Shown here in pieces: positions 1-11,323 of a stretch of DNA of 64,000 nt. The translations under genes were made by a program, and so were the position numbers. The stretch's first letter is position 1. Every line of letters starts with the position of its first letter. The stretch is from Felis catus. Taxonomy: Eukaryota. Location: positions 26,848,001 through 26,912,000 of the forward strand of contig NC_058369.1 in NCBI RefSeq assembly GCF_018350175.1. The letters run 5' to 3'. Under the pieces are notes generated by a model. It ran no database searches. It was not told the DNA's origin and worked only from the letters and a program-made list of their open reading frames with translations.

Positions 1-365
1 AGGGGCAGCTCCATAGCGTGATCCAGGATGAAGAGTAGCATGGAATTATTTATTTAGTTAATCATTTACTTAAGTCTGGTTAGGAAGGTGAATTGGCTAT
101 AATCAGAAATTATGACCCAAATTGTTACAGTTTCTTAATGTGGACTATTTAACAAACTTAACAAGTACCAACTATATATGATATGCTAAGTCAGGCGTAC
201 GAAGAGATGGTGAAAGATTCGTGCACTGGAGAAGTGTATAATCTGATCATTAATATCACATTTTCCTTTATTTGATAAGATGTTAAGTAAAAAACAAGCA
301 AAACTCTGGCATTCAGAGATGCTCAAATATAATTCAGAAATATCATTACTTAAAATGAAAAGTTA

Positions 366-562
366 GGGGAGTCTGGGTGGCTCGGTCAGTTAAGAGTCCG
401 ACTCTTGATTTCGGCTCAGGTTATGATCTTATGGTCATGAGATTGAGTCCCACTTTGGGCTCCGCATTGGGCGTGGAGCTTAAGACTCTCTCTCTCCCTC
501 TTCCTCTGCCCCTCCTCTGCTACCACTCTCTCACATGTGCTTTCTCTCAAAAAAATGAAAAT
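366..562 (+). mobile_element. Can-SINE, older subfamily
   Basis: tRNA-derived head, (CT)n, A tail; TSD aatgaaaagtta at 354-365 and 563-574. Confidence 0.93.
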
Positions 563-1487
563 AATGAAAAGTTAAACATACTTTCGTCATTAAACTTTTT
601 TCCTAAGTACCTAATATAGTAGGAAATACATATGGGGTACCTAATGTCAAGTTTGCATAAATAAAGTGGATGTTTACTCTTAAAATAGGAGTGTATAATG
701 GTAACTGAATTAAATTTAGAAATGTTAATTGAAAGCTAATTCTCCATTCAAGACACACCATTTAAGTTTAACAACAGCTTCACTTAGAAGGTCATTTTAT
801 ACTAGTAAAAATAGCTATAAAGTTCCGTTATCAAAAATTACAAATAATTAATCTTAAAGGCATTAGTACAAGGCAGACTCTGTAAACTGTTCCATTTGTT
901 ATAGTACCACACATGCTACAGAAGAGCCCGATTAATTTTTAATTGAAGGGCATTGTACAAGAAATACATTAAAAGAGTCTTCTGTTTCTTCCAATTAAAA
1001 CTATCATTTTTCCTTTTAAAAAGCAATTATAACACGTTAAATTTGTTTTATTTCTAAAAAAAAAAAACTTACATAAATGTAGGTAAAGGGAGCTTGTCTT
1101 TAGTCACTGAGCCTCTGGTAGAGGAGAAATCTTTCTCAGATCCACCTGAGAAAGGTTACCAGAAGTGATTTGATTTTATTGATAACATGATTATGTGCAT
1201 AGATGCTAAGGGCATTACACAGAAGTATAGGCCAACAAGAGACCTTGTTTTAGAACAAAGTCATGTTCCTGCAAATCAGATATATCCATCTCACAAAGTC
1301 AATATCCTTAAAAAAGAGATGGACCATGTCTCCTGTAGTAAAAATAACCTACAGTTTCAGGCATATTTCTCTGGCTCACCTTACTTAGTTCACCTCATTT
1401 GTAAGCATATACATTTTTGAGGAAATAATTTAAAAAAAAACTCTACTGTTTAAAAAAAACAGGAACTATGAGGAAATCATAATTTTA

Positions 1488-1701
1488 TCAACTTTTTTTT
1501 TTTTTTTTTTATTCTTGGGACAGAGAGACACAGAGCATGAACGGGGGAGGGGCAGAGAGAGAGGGAGACACAGAATCGGAAAAAGGCTCCAGGCTCTGAG
1601 CCATCAGCCCAGAGCCCGATGCGGGGCTCGAACCCACGGACCGCGAGATCGTGACCTGGCTGAAGTCGGACACTTAACCGACTGCGCCACCCAGGCGCCC
1701 C
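1488..1701 (-). mobile_element. Young felid Can-SINE (SINEC_Fc type)
   Basis: CpG-rich body; TSD aggaaatcataatttta at 1471-1487 and 1702-1718. Confidence 0.96.
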
Positions 1702-1983
1702 AGGAAATCATAATTTTAAAATGGTAGCAAATTCATTAAAATTATTTCAAAAAGATTATCCCTTCTCTTTCAGGTTCTGTTTCTTATTTTAGAAAGAAAC
1801 ACTGGCAAACCATTTTAAAATTAATCACCTTCCATCTATAATTTCTATGATTTGGTTTATGTGTTAGAAATCTAAAATATACATGCAGTAGCTTGAAGTG
1901 GTAGCTAAAGCAGAGCCTGTGAAAGTTTGCGAAGCTAAATCAAAAGGAGAAAATCCAGTACGAAGAACAGATCTTTTCATAAC

Positions 1984-2175
1984 TTTTTTTTTTTTTTTTT
2001 GAGAGAGAGAGTGCAAGTAGGGGAGAAGGGAAGAGGGAGGGAAGAAAGAATCATAAGCAGGTTCCATGCTCAGCATGGAGCCAGACAGGGGCACTTGATC
2101 CCATGACCCTGGGATTAAGACCTAAGCCAAAATCAACAGTTGGACATTCAACTGACTGGGCCATCCAAGTGCCCC
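1984..2175 (-). mobile_element. Can-SINE, older subfamily
   Basis: poly-T, (GA)n, diverged head ending ccaagtgcccc. Confidence 0.9.
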
Positions 2176-3110
2176 TCAATCAATGTTCTTAATTGATAAA
2201 GGAACAGATAAGTAAATGATTAACATAAAAAAATAACTGGCTGCTTATACTTAATAAACCACCTGAAATCTATAGTTAATAAATACATAGCATAAAGTTG
2301 ATGAAAATCTGATTAATCATTTTGAAAAACTATATTTCTTACATTGCCATCAGTTTACTCAAAGCCCAATTTGATAGGTGATAGAGTCCTGAATTTTAAC
2401 CTTGGTTCTGCCAATAACTGCGCTTCTGATTGTAAATTCAGGTGATCTCTCAAGGTTCCTTCTGCTTTAAAATGCTGATCCGAATTTCCAATGTAAGAAT
2501 TGAAAATCTACTCTTTGGGCTTTTGTTGAAACACATTTATATCTAAACATATTAAATATTAATATTCCTAATGGTATTACAAGTTGATGTGTCATTAAGT
2601 AATGCCTTCTATAGTTTCTTACACAACTTTTTCTCATGAATTCATTCCTATCATTTAGAACTCCTGGGTTTATTTCAAAGCTTACCCTTAACTTTCTGAT
2701 TTCTTGATGAGGAGCCAACCTCAGTGTGTTCATTGCAAAAGAACCACTGTCAGGATTAAGAGAGTTAATAAATGTGAAATGCTAGGGAAATCATAGGCAC
2801 ATACTAATTACTCAATAACTATCAGTACTATGATAATCAATGGCTATCAAATAATCTTCTAAATCTTCTTAAAAACACTTCCAGATTTCAAACTAACATT
2901 GAAACAGAATATATGTATTTATATAATATTTATATATATTCAATACATATTATATAAAGCCTGGCAAAGGTTACTTCCTAAATTAAAAACAAGCCTATCA
3001 CTTTAAGTAAACAGATGCCAGTAAAAATCAAACTAATGCCTGTGTAGTAGACCTAAAAGTATAACTTTAAGAATCAAACGTTAAGCTCTAATATTAAAAA
3101 TCTTACTTAC

Positions 3111-3204
3111 GGATTTGCTTATTCTCCTTTGGTAACTGGATTTTGTTTGTTTGGCTGCTGCCTTCCAGGACAAACACAAAGCTTTTAGCTTCTTTATCAA
3201 ACTC
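3111..3204 (-). CDS. CFAP20DC: CFAP20DC coding exon 3, 94 nt ([31 protein letters not shown] + 1 nt)
   Basis: ttctacag|GAG TTT GAT...CAA ATC C|gtaagt; phase 0 acceptor, phase 1 donor, in frame with exon 2. The next exon was not found in 1-3110, so the gene runs off the left edge. Confidence 0.95.
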
Positions 3205-3559
3205 CTGTAGAACAAAAATATAAACAATGGTATTTGGCTTCTATTATAAAATTGGAGCTGCAAACCCACAGAAAAAAAATTCCCAGAGTCAAATGACTTA
3301 AAAGTAGGCTCAGGCCTTGATGATACTTTCACCCTGAAATGTGCTGGGAACTGGACTACAGAAGCCACACTATGTCACTTGACAAATCCTCTTGTATCAA
3401 GAAACTCTTGCTCCCAAACTGTAAGAAGTTCCCCAGTTTCAGAGATTCCCGCTACTAATTTAGTTTCCAGAGCTTAGTTACTCTTCCTCTCACTTTATTT
3501 ATGTATTTCTAATGGCACAGGCTGAACATCACTCTGTTACAGTACAAAAAAATCATCTA

Positions 3560-3753
3560 CGGGTGCCTGGGTGGCTCAGTCGGTTAAGTGTCAGATTTCA
3601 GCTCAGGTCACCATCTTGTGTTTCACGAGTTTGAACCCCATGTCAGGCTCTGCGCTGACAGCTCAGAGCCTGGAGCCTGCTTCAGATTCTGTGTCTCCCT
3701 CTCTCTCTGTTCCTCACCCACTTGTGCTGTCTCTCAAAAATAAATAAACATTA
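3560..3753 (+). mobile_element. Can-SINE, feliform type
   Basis: TSD aaaaaaatcatcta at 3546-3559 and 3754-3767. Confidence 0.95.
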
Positions 3754-4634
3754 AAAAAAATCATCTAACCTAAACTGTATCCAGTCCATAAGTTCCTTGG
3801 TGCCTGGCCATGGCTCATACAGAATTATTGCCTTATTTTACTAGTGCCCTAATGTGAAGTTCTATGTATCACCTACTTAAAATCAGTACAAAGCAAAGTG
3901 TTAACAATTAAGGTAACTTAAAAAAAATCTAATGTAGGAGAAACATAAACAAAACAAAACCTGAAAATAAAAAGCCTCCTTATACATGACAGTCCAATTT
4001 ACATGACTTAAAGTGGGAATAGAAATTTTTTTCTATTTTTTTGAAGCAAATTCGAAATCTGAGTATAAATACCTGTTATAATATTTCACAGATCCTACAA
4101 ATCTTCCATTCTGTATGTGTTAAGAAATGCATTGTAACTAATGGCTGCTAAGAATTAAATAACATTAAAATAAATCTGTACTGTATCCATCACAACAGCA
4201 TCTCTCACGTATTTGAAATGAACACACATAGACTGAGTGTATTATTTATTCCATCTATACACAAGTTAGGCATATACTTAAAACCTTTCAACAGCTTACC
4301 CAAATCATCAACACAGTCCATAACCCGCCACGTGGTCTGGTCGCTGCCCGGTTTTTCAAACCTCAATCTTTCTCTCTCTTTCTCTCTCTTTTTCAATCCT
4401 GGCCTTAGTGGCCTTCTTGCAATCTCTTAAAAATTCTAAGCTCTCTCCTGCACAAGGAATTGGTATGTGTTTTTCCCTTTACTTGAAACACTCTTCTCTC
4501 TACCAGCCCCACACAGTATATAGTTAGCTCTCAGAGATCCAATGTCATTTCCTTGGGGAAGCCTTTGCTACACTCCCTGCTCTATACCATCAGAGCATCT
4601 TTTAACTCTCATTCACAGTTCAGAGCTGTAGGAT

Positions 4635-4786
4635 TTTAAGCAAGTTGCTTACTCTCTCTATGGCCTCAGTTTTAGCATCCAGAAAATTGGCATAAAGTAC
4701 CTATCTCACAAGACTACCGTATAGATACATATAACGTGCTTAATGCTGGATTTGGCAAACAGTAAGCACTCAGTTAACAGTAGCTT
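4635..4786 (+). mobile_element. MIR fragment
   Basis: MIR core-like ggcctcagtttt...catc...agtaagcactcagttaa. Confidence 0.65.
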
Positions 4787-5072
4787 TAAAGAGTTTTCCA
4801 TAGAACAAGGCCCACAGAAAGATATTCTTCTCTTTAGTTGTATAGGAGAGAAGAGAAAGAGAAAAGGATAAGGATGGATATAGGTTTTTAGATCTGGTGG
4901 CAGCAAGCTGAGACAGTTTCAATCTGATGGCATCAGTTTGCCCTGTGAAATGGGGTGTGAGGTCTTCTGGTGAGTCATTGAAGAGGGCCTGTCCTGGTTA
5001 TAGGTTCGGAAGTAGGGGGTAGGGAGAATTGGTGATTGAAACCCTGAAGATAATGAAGAAATAATCATTTTA

Positions 5073-5281
5073 GGGGCGCCTGGGTGGCTCAGTTGGTTGA
5101 GCATCCGACTTCGGCTCAGGTCATGGATCTCGGGGTCTGTGGGTTCGAGCCCTGCATCAGACTCTGTGCTGACAGCTAAGAGCCTGGAGCCTGCTTCGGA
5201 TTCTGTGTCTCCCTCTCTCTCTGCCCTTCCCCTGCTTGTGCTCTGTCTCTTTCTCAAAAATAAATACACATTAAACATAAT
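5073..5281 (+). mobile_element. Can-SINE, feliform type
   Basis: TSD aataatcatttta at 5060-5072 and 5282-5294. Confidence 0.95.
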
Positions 5282-6101
5282 AATAATCATTTTAAAGACT
5301 AAGAGAACATAAAAAGAGAACTTTCCAGGCTGTTCACGTTGAATTTATAGGAATATTAATCTAAGAGGCTATAGATATTTTCTCCAAAGTTATTGAGGAG
5401 CCCCAAAACCAGCTCAGAAAAGATAAATGACTGGGGATTCCGAGACGGTTGGCCTTCGTTAGGCAAGCACTATGAAAGAACAAAAAGCAAGGGCATTCAA
5501 GGTTTTGCCCAGGAAGTGACTGAAATTACAGACTGTGGATTCTGGGCTAGAGAGTAAAGGAAGTGAAAACAGAGAACGTACAAGCCTAAATAAAACTAAG
5601 CACAGGGGAAGTAGAAAGGCCAGTGGCCTAAAGGTCTCAATTAGATTGAAGAACAAATACAGTGAGTAACTGAGCAAACAGCCTTAAGAACTGAAGCTCG
5701 GGGGCAGAGGGGCATGTCTCAATGTCTTACTGATTTCAGAGGCCCTGCAGTTTGCAGTGATAAGGTCCAGGGCGTGACAGTGGCAGTGGGGGCTGACACA
5801 GAGCCCAAGAGGTTGTTAAGTGAAGAAATCAAGAAATTGGGAAGCACAAGGTTTGGAGAGATTTTCCTCACAAACACTGAAGTCACCTGAAACAACAATA
5901 GGACTTGGCTTACAGAGAAGGGTTATGAGCCCTGTGCCAAAGCCTTAAAGGACTGAGGAGTGGTGTCTGGGAGAGCTGCAGCCAACAGCATCATGAATGA
6001 ACCAGTAAATACAGTTCTGAAACCTTATCAAGTCCCTTTTGTTATAACCTTCATTCTCATTTCATTCCAGGATTTAGGTGGCTCTAGCTTCCAGCACTTA
6101 C

Positions 6102-6191
6102 TTTCCAAATCACAGAGGGACTGCCAAGGATCTTCCATTTTGCTCCAGGATTTTTGCCCTGAGCACTAAAGATTTCAACAAATGCACCTCC
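6102..6191 (-). CDS. CFAP20DC: CFAP20DC coding exon 2, 90 nt ([30 protein letters not shown])
   Basis: ttttctag|GGA...TGG AAA|gtaagt; open frame, phase 0/0, continues exon 1; CFAP20-like domain sequence. Confidence 0.95.
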
Positions 6192-6639
6192 CTAGAAAAC
6201 AAAAACATTAAACATGTTTAAATTATAGTGAAAGGCAGTGCTAAGGAGGAAATAACACCCACCACAGAGTCTATAACTGCTGTTCCAGGCATCTGTCTGT
6301 TGAGTAGATCTGGGAAGAAACATTACCCCTGTTATAACTCCTACATTATACCCTGATTGTACTTAAGCCACAACCATTCTGATTTGGGTCACCTTGGAGA
6401 AATGGTTTAAGGAATTTTTTTTCAAAGCACAATATACATTAAATTATGTTATACAAACCCTACAGTCTCTCAGTGTGGGGTTCCTTTACATGCCATGTAT
6501 AAATCATGCTTACAAAACATTCTAGTCATGTCTGACTAAAGGGTTTAAACTCAACTCTAGAGCCAGGCTAATAAATTCTGATAAATTATCTGTGGCTACA
6601 AGCTTTTCAGTCATACTGACCAGAGCTCCAACACTAGCT

Positions 6640-6790
6640 TTGGCATTTATTAAATGTCCAACCTTGAGAGCTATTTAACTTCTTGATTCTCCATCTGTAA
6701 AATGGGTTGTTGGATTACACGAGATAGTAAATAGACCATCAAGCACAATACCTTGTACATAGCAAGGGCTCAATAGTGTCAGCAATAATT
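6640..6790 (+). mobile_element. MIR fragment
   Basis: catctgtaaaatggg core and MIR-like 3' end. Confidence 0.65.
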
Positions 6791-7579
6791 ATTCAAAAAA
6801 AGGGCGAATTGAATATATTGGCACTGGTCAATAAAAAAGCTTGGGAAAGAGTGAGGGATGGGAGACAATTCTTATTCTGAGCATTCCTAGATCTTTGCAG
6901 ATATTTAATATAATTTGGAAATCTATAAAATCTGTACAAGAAAAACAGAGAATCATTTCTATAGACATGTGTTCCCTATTGTAAACCTGAGAATATGGAG
7001 GGCCATGCTTATGTAAAAATACTGAACACATAACTGAATATCCATAAGCTTTAATTATCAAAGAAAAGAATTAAGATGATTATCTCTGAGGAAGAGTTAA
7101 TTGCAAGAAATTGAGAATCTGAAATGAAGACTAAATATGCTTTTCTTTTATAGTCTGTTTTAATTATAAGCAGCAGATGAGCAAATCCATCTGATTTTTG
7201 TAAAGAATTTCCAGCTTTTAATTATTCCCAATAATATAAAGATATTTTGGCTTCTTAGTTTTAACACAGTCACATTAAGACACTTAATCTCTTACTTAGC
7301 CAGTATCATGTGCAAACTGTGTGTAGGAACTAATTACTATAAATTACTATAACTTCTGGAATTAGGTCATATATCAAAAAAAAATTTAAATCTGAGGCAG
7401 TTTTTTCCCTCCCTTTTTGAAGAAAGCTCCTTGTACCTCGAAAAATACTCCTCCCCTCTTCCTTCCGCTTTCTCTGATTTTACAAGTTTCCCACAGTGGG
7501 CATATGCTTTTTTATAGCAATATATTTTACTTATATTACGTGAGATACCAGTGTGTATCAATAGTGAGAGGCACTTGGT

Positions 7580-7670
7580 AAAACTCAAGATTTATGGGCC
7601 CTGCCCTTTAGATTCCGGTCTAGGAGGTCTGGTTGGGGGTTTAAGATCTGCATTTTAATAAGTCACGGGC
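7580..7670. mobile_element. MER5A-like hAT-Charlie fragment
   Basis: gggccctgccc...taggaggtctgg...atctgcattttaataag resembles MER5A. Confidence 0.5.
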
Positions 7671-7918
7671 AATCCATACAGCTTGAAAAGAACTTGAGCT
7701 GACGACTGAACAAAAGCCAAATCACATGCCCAAACCTTGGCTCCCTTCTTCTTTTTTCTTTTGGAGTGAAGACCACACTCATCCAGTACTTCCTCCGCAC
7801 CCAGAAAAAGACCCAGTTATGGGGGAATGGGGAGGGATCTTTGTCCTCACCCCGAATGCGAACTACCTCACCCTAGAGGAAAATACTATACACAGGTTGG
7901 AGAGTCGTTTCGGGTTAC

Positions 7919-7939
7919 CTGGTACTCATTTTTGAACAT
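7919..7939 (-). CDS. CFAP20DC: CFAP20 domain-containing protein, coding part of exon 1 (MFKNEYQ)
   Basis: Minus strand reads gcgggaATG TTC AAA AAT GAG TAC CAG|gtaacc: start codon at the edge of the CpG island and a canonical phase-0 donor. Peptide matches the N-terminus of CFAP20DC/C3orf67 as I recall it. Confidence 0.93.
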
Positions 7940-8096
7940 TCCCGCAGGGAGCCCGGGGCTTGGGGGGCACGGAGTTCAGGGCGTCCAGGGAGTGGCGTGA
8001 CCCTGATGGCTGGAAATCGGCGGGCCGGAGCCCCAGAGCCCGACCGCGGGTAAGGGAAGGGCTTAGTGCGTGGCCCCGACTCTTCTCAGCCCCCGG

Positions 8097-8129
8097 TCAG
8101 CTCCTCGTCGAGCCCCTGCCCCGCACCAT
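8097..8129 (-). other. Candidate upstream ORF (MVRGRGSTRS*) in the CFAP20DC 5' leader
   Basis: gcgATGG context (-3 G, +4 G) and TGA at 8097-8099. Requires the TSS to lie above 8129. Confidence 0.5.
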
Positions 8130-8303
8130 CGCGACCCCCGCCTCAGGGGTGCCCAGGCACGAGATGGCGCAGCTGCCTGGGCAGGCTCCGGGCGGCCCCC
8201 TGGGGAGTGATTGTGTGCGTAACCTACGAAACGGGGAGCCCAACCACGAAGCCACCGAAAACCGCCCGCTCGCCCGGGAGAGACGGGCGCGCTCCCGCCG
8301 CCG

Positions 8304-8313
8304 CCCCGCCCCC
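8304..8313. promoter_or_regulatory. GC box (SP/KLF)
   Basis: CCCCGCCCCC inside the CpG island. Confidence 0.55.
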
Positions 8314-8365
8314 GAATTCGATCGGAAAAGGGAGGGGCCGAGCGGCGCCAGCTATGGGGCCGCAC

Positions 8366-8374
8366 CCATTGGCT
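8366..8374 (-). promoter_or_regulatory. CCAAT box (NF-Y)
   Basis: Minus strand AGCCAATGG fits the extended NF-Y consensus. Confidence 0.6.
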
Positions 8375-8382
8375 CCCACGAG

Positions 8383-8392
8383 GCGCCTGCGC
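8383..8392. promoter_or_regulatory. NRF1-like motif
   Basis: GCGCCTGCGC fits GCGCNTGCGC. Confidence 0.5.
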
Positions 8393-8439
8393 GTTGAGCT
8401 CTGTGGGCTTCTTGCCTATGGGCAAGTGAGACTAAGCCG

Positions 8440-8447
8440 TGACGTCG
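8440..8447. promoter_or_regulatory. CRE-like site (CREB/CREM/ATF)
   Basis: TGACGTCG, 7/8 match to TGACGTCA, next to the X-box. Confidence 0.55.
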
Positions 8448-8449
8448 AC

Positions 8450-8463
8450 GTTGCCCTGGCAAC
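8450..8463. promoter_or_regulatory. RFX X-box
   Basis: GTTGCCCTGGCAAC, one mismatch from the palindromic X-box GTTGCCATGGCAAC, in the promoter of a cilia-related gene. Confidence 0.85.
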
Positions 8464-9806
8464 CTAGGGACACTCTTGGAGTTGTTGGACCGCCCAACCC
8501 GTGACTTGCGCTCTGTAAAGTCGTGACCTGTGTGTGCGGAAAAAACCTAAAATGAGCCTGGTTTAAGAGCTACCACAGGTGCTGGACTCTTCTAGAAAAC
8601 CTGTCGCGTCGGTTTGGTCTCCTTTATAACACCGTTAACTGGTAGGTTGCTGAAGGAAAGAGGCGTGGAACTGTGGAACCCTCACATGGCCTTTGGTTCG
8701 AAGGTTCCCAAACGTGGTCTCATTGAGGCAGTTATAGGCACTGCTAGCCCCTTTCATTGTTTCAGAAGGCCCAAGGAAGTAGGAGTATTTTACTCAAAAT
8801 TACTGCACATGTTAAAAAGCCAAGGGTTTTTGCTCAAAATAATAACTACATACAGTATTGAGTCAGGCACTTTCCTAAGTTTAACTATTCGGTTATTTCA
8901 TTTAGTTTCTAGGTCAGAACCACTCTTATAAGGTTGTTATTATTATCAGTCTTTGGCTCAGAAAGGTAAAACAGCTTGCCCAAGATCACATGGCCAATAA
9001 GTGATGGAGCTGATTTGGTGCTCTTGTCTAATGTTGTACTCAAGGCTGAGTTAGCTCCTGGTATAGTGTTATTAATAACCAGGTACCACTCATGGAGCGC
9101 CTACTACAGGCCAAGTGCTTCACAGGTCTACAACTGTGTGACGTTAAGGATTAGTGTTCTTTCAGCTGAGAATATTTCATTTCAGCATTGATTAGGAATT
9201 TACTCAAGGACATGATGTTACTTTTTAGTTATGACTAAGCCTGATACTCTAATTCACCGAAAAGTCTTAACTATTTGTGTCCCCTACAGTATGCCACCCA
9301 CTGTGAATCATGCATAGCATGAGAAAATGAATGCTGTCTGCACCTGCTCCTTATCAAGGCTAAGAAAACTGATAAGGAACAAACTTATTTCAACACACTA
9401 AGTCTAACACTAGGTGTGTACACAGGCAGAGGTGAGGCTGCCACATAATGTTGCAGTAAAAATATCTAGAATCCAGAATCCCTGATTCCTAGAGCTCAAA
9501 CCTAGTTCAATAAGTCTTTGGTTAGATTCTGGGCTGGACGCATTGGGAATTACGGCCAACAGACATCGTCTCCTGTCTTAATAAGACTTGTTATCTACTG
9601 GGGACATTTATTCACTTATCAGATAATTCCTATGGTTGTAATATATGCTAGACACTATGCCAAGAACTAGGTATAGAGGAAAGGCCCCATCTCTATGGAG
9701 CTTACACATTCAAGGGGATGAGACACAATAAACATGTGAGTAAATAAATAATTACAACTTGTGATAAATCCCACGAATCTGGTGATAGGGAGTAACATTG
9801 GAAGGG

Positions 9807-10283
9807 CGTATTAGTTTCCTGTGACAGTTATAACAAGTTACCAAAAACTGTGTGCTTAAAACAACAGAAATGTATTCTCTCAAAGTTCTGGAGGACAGAA
9901 GACCAAAAATGAAGGTGTCAATAGGGCAGCACTCTCTTTGGAAGCTTTAGAGGACAATCTGCTCCTTGCTTCTTCCAGCGTCTTGTGGATTTTAGCATTC
10001 CTTGACTTGTGACTGCATCTCTCCGGTCTCTGCCTCCATGGTCACAATGAATACCTTTTCTTTTTTTGTGTGTATATCTTCTCTCAGTATCTCTTACAAG
10101 GACTATTATGATGACATCTAGGACTCACTTGGAAAATTCAGGTTTATCTCTTTATTGCATGATCCTTAACTTAGTCACATCTGCAAGACCTGTTTTCCAG
10201 ATAAGGAAACATTCACACCTTCCAAGGGGTAGATGTGGGCATCTTGGGGGTTGAGAGGAGGTCCAATTTTCTGGCCTGACACA
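9807..10283 (-). mobile_element. MaLR solo LTR (MLT1C-like)
   Basis: gtattagtttcct...cttaaaacaacagaaatgtattctctca...catctgcaagacc...gacaca, the reverse of an MLT1 LTR. Confidence 0.88.
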
Positions 10284-10459
10284 AACGGTGACTTTCACTA
10301 TAATACAAAGAAGTTTTAGATAAGTGCCTTAAGAGAAGCAAAAAGTCAGTGTGAGTACAGGGGGAATCCAGGAGACATCTTAAGGCTTTTAACAATCTAC
10401 CTGGGTCACTGAAAAGCATGTTGTAACAACAAAGCTGAAGAGAAACTCACAACTTTGTC

Positions 10460-10650
10460 CTGTGTTATTTTCTTTCTCTCCTTATCATTATCTGTATTTA
10501 TTTGTTTATATGTTTATCATCTGTCTTAAGTTATTAGAAGGTAAATTTGATGAGGGCAAGGATTTTTTTCTGTGTTCATCATTATATCTCATCTAGAGTA
10601 GTGCTTGGCACATAATAGGTGTTTTGTAAACACACATTTATTGATTGAAT
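10460..10650 (+). mobile_element. L2 3' end
   Basis: gagggcaaggat...gtgcttggcacataataggt...atttattgattgaat. Confidence 0.75.
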
Positions 10651-10768
10651 TAAAGGAACCTTGTCCTTCCAAATTCACCATGTCCAAAATAAAACTTCTC
10701 CAGACCTGGGCCTTTTCCATCCTTCCCACTCTCACTAATACCACAGTGCCTCCTGTATCCTCTCTTCC

Positions 10769-11323
10769 TGTGGCATAGCAGCCTCCAAGATGGCCTCCAC
10801 TGATCCACATCTTCTGGTATGTTTGTCCTTTGTGTAATCTCCCCTGGGAAGTGTACTGGACCTAGCGACTCACTCTAATGAATATAGTATGATGCTGTTA
10901 GGTCATTTCCAAGAGTAGGTTACAAAAAGATATGATTGCCTTCTTGCTCAGCTGCTTTTACTCCCTTGCTCTGGTTCTTCTCCCTACTTCTGTCCTTATA
11001 CAAAGAAATCAAGTTTCTATATTGTGAGTACCCCTGGAGAGGTCCATGTTGCAGGGAACTGATGTCTCCAGCCAAAAGTCAATGAAGACTTTAGGCCTGT
11101 CAGCAGTCACATGAGTTAGGTTTAGAAGTGAATCCTTCCCTGGTCAAGCCTTGAGGTAAATGCATCCCTGGTCAGTGCTTTCATTGCAGCCTTATGACTA
11201 AGCCAGAGTCAGAGGCATCCAGCTAAGTCATATCCTAATTTTTGACCCACAGAAATTATGAGGTATTTATTGTACACTAAATTTTAGGGTAATTTTTTTA
11301 CATGGCAATAGATAAATAATACA
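10769..11323 (+). mobile_element. MaLR solo LTR (MLT1F-like) inserted in an L2
   Basis: TG...CA termini, cagcctccaagatggcc start, gcaatagataaataataca end; degenerate 5-bp TSD cttcc/ctccc. Confidence 0.85.

Larger units (their letters stand above)
7900..8620. promoter_or_regulatory. CpG island: promoter and 5' UTR of CFAP20DC
   Basis: Sharp GC- and CpG-rich block in otherwise AT-rich, CpG-depleted DNA, directly upstream of the ATG at 7939. Edges by eye. Confidence 0.92.

Noticed and set aside
1515..1727. Recurrent peptide GRGRERGRHRIGNRLQALSHQPRA, also at 19936, 22987, 24840 and 40518, resembling a gene family
   Set aside because: It is the antisense translation of SINEC_Fc.
1880..1982. Coding-looking purine-rich stretch in intron 3
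   Set aside because: Short, no recognisable protein, and no processed-pseudogene hallmarks other than an adjacent SINE tail.
2467..2733. 88-aa minus-strand ORF as a possible CFAP20DC exon 4
   Set aside because: No resemblance to the continuation I expect (LGLIQRFLVLQ-like) and no convincing splice sites.
3081..3368. 95-aa minus-strand ORF over exon 3
   Set aside because: Wrong frame; the real exon frame (EFDKEAK...) is set by the splice sites.
7960..8467. Three overlapping 120-145 aa ORFs in the CpG island
   Set aside because: Pro/Arg/Gly/Ala-rich frames expected from stop-poor GC-rich DNA; some lack a real ATG, none resembles a known domain, and they overlap promoter motifs.
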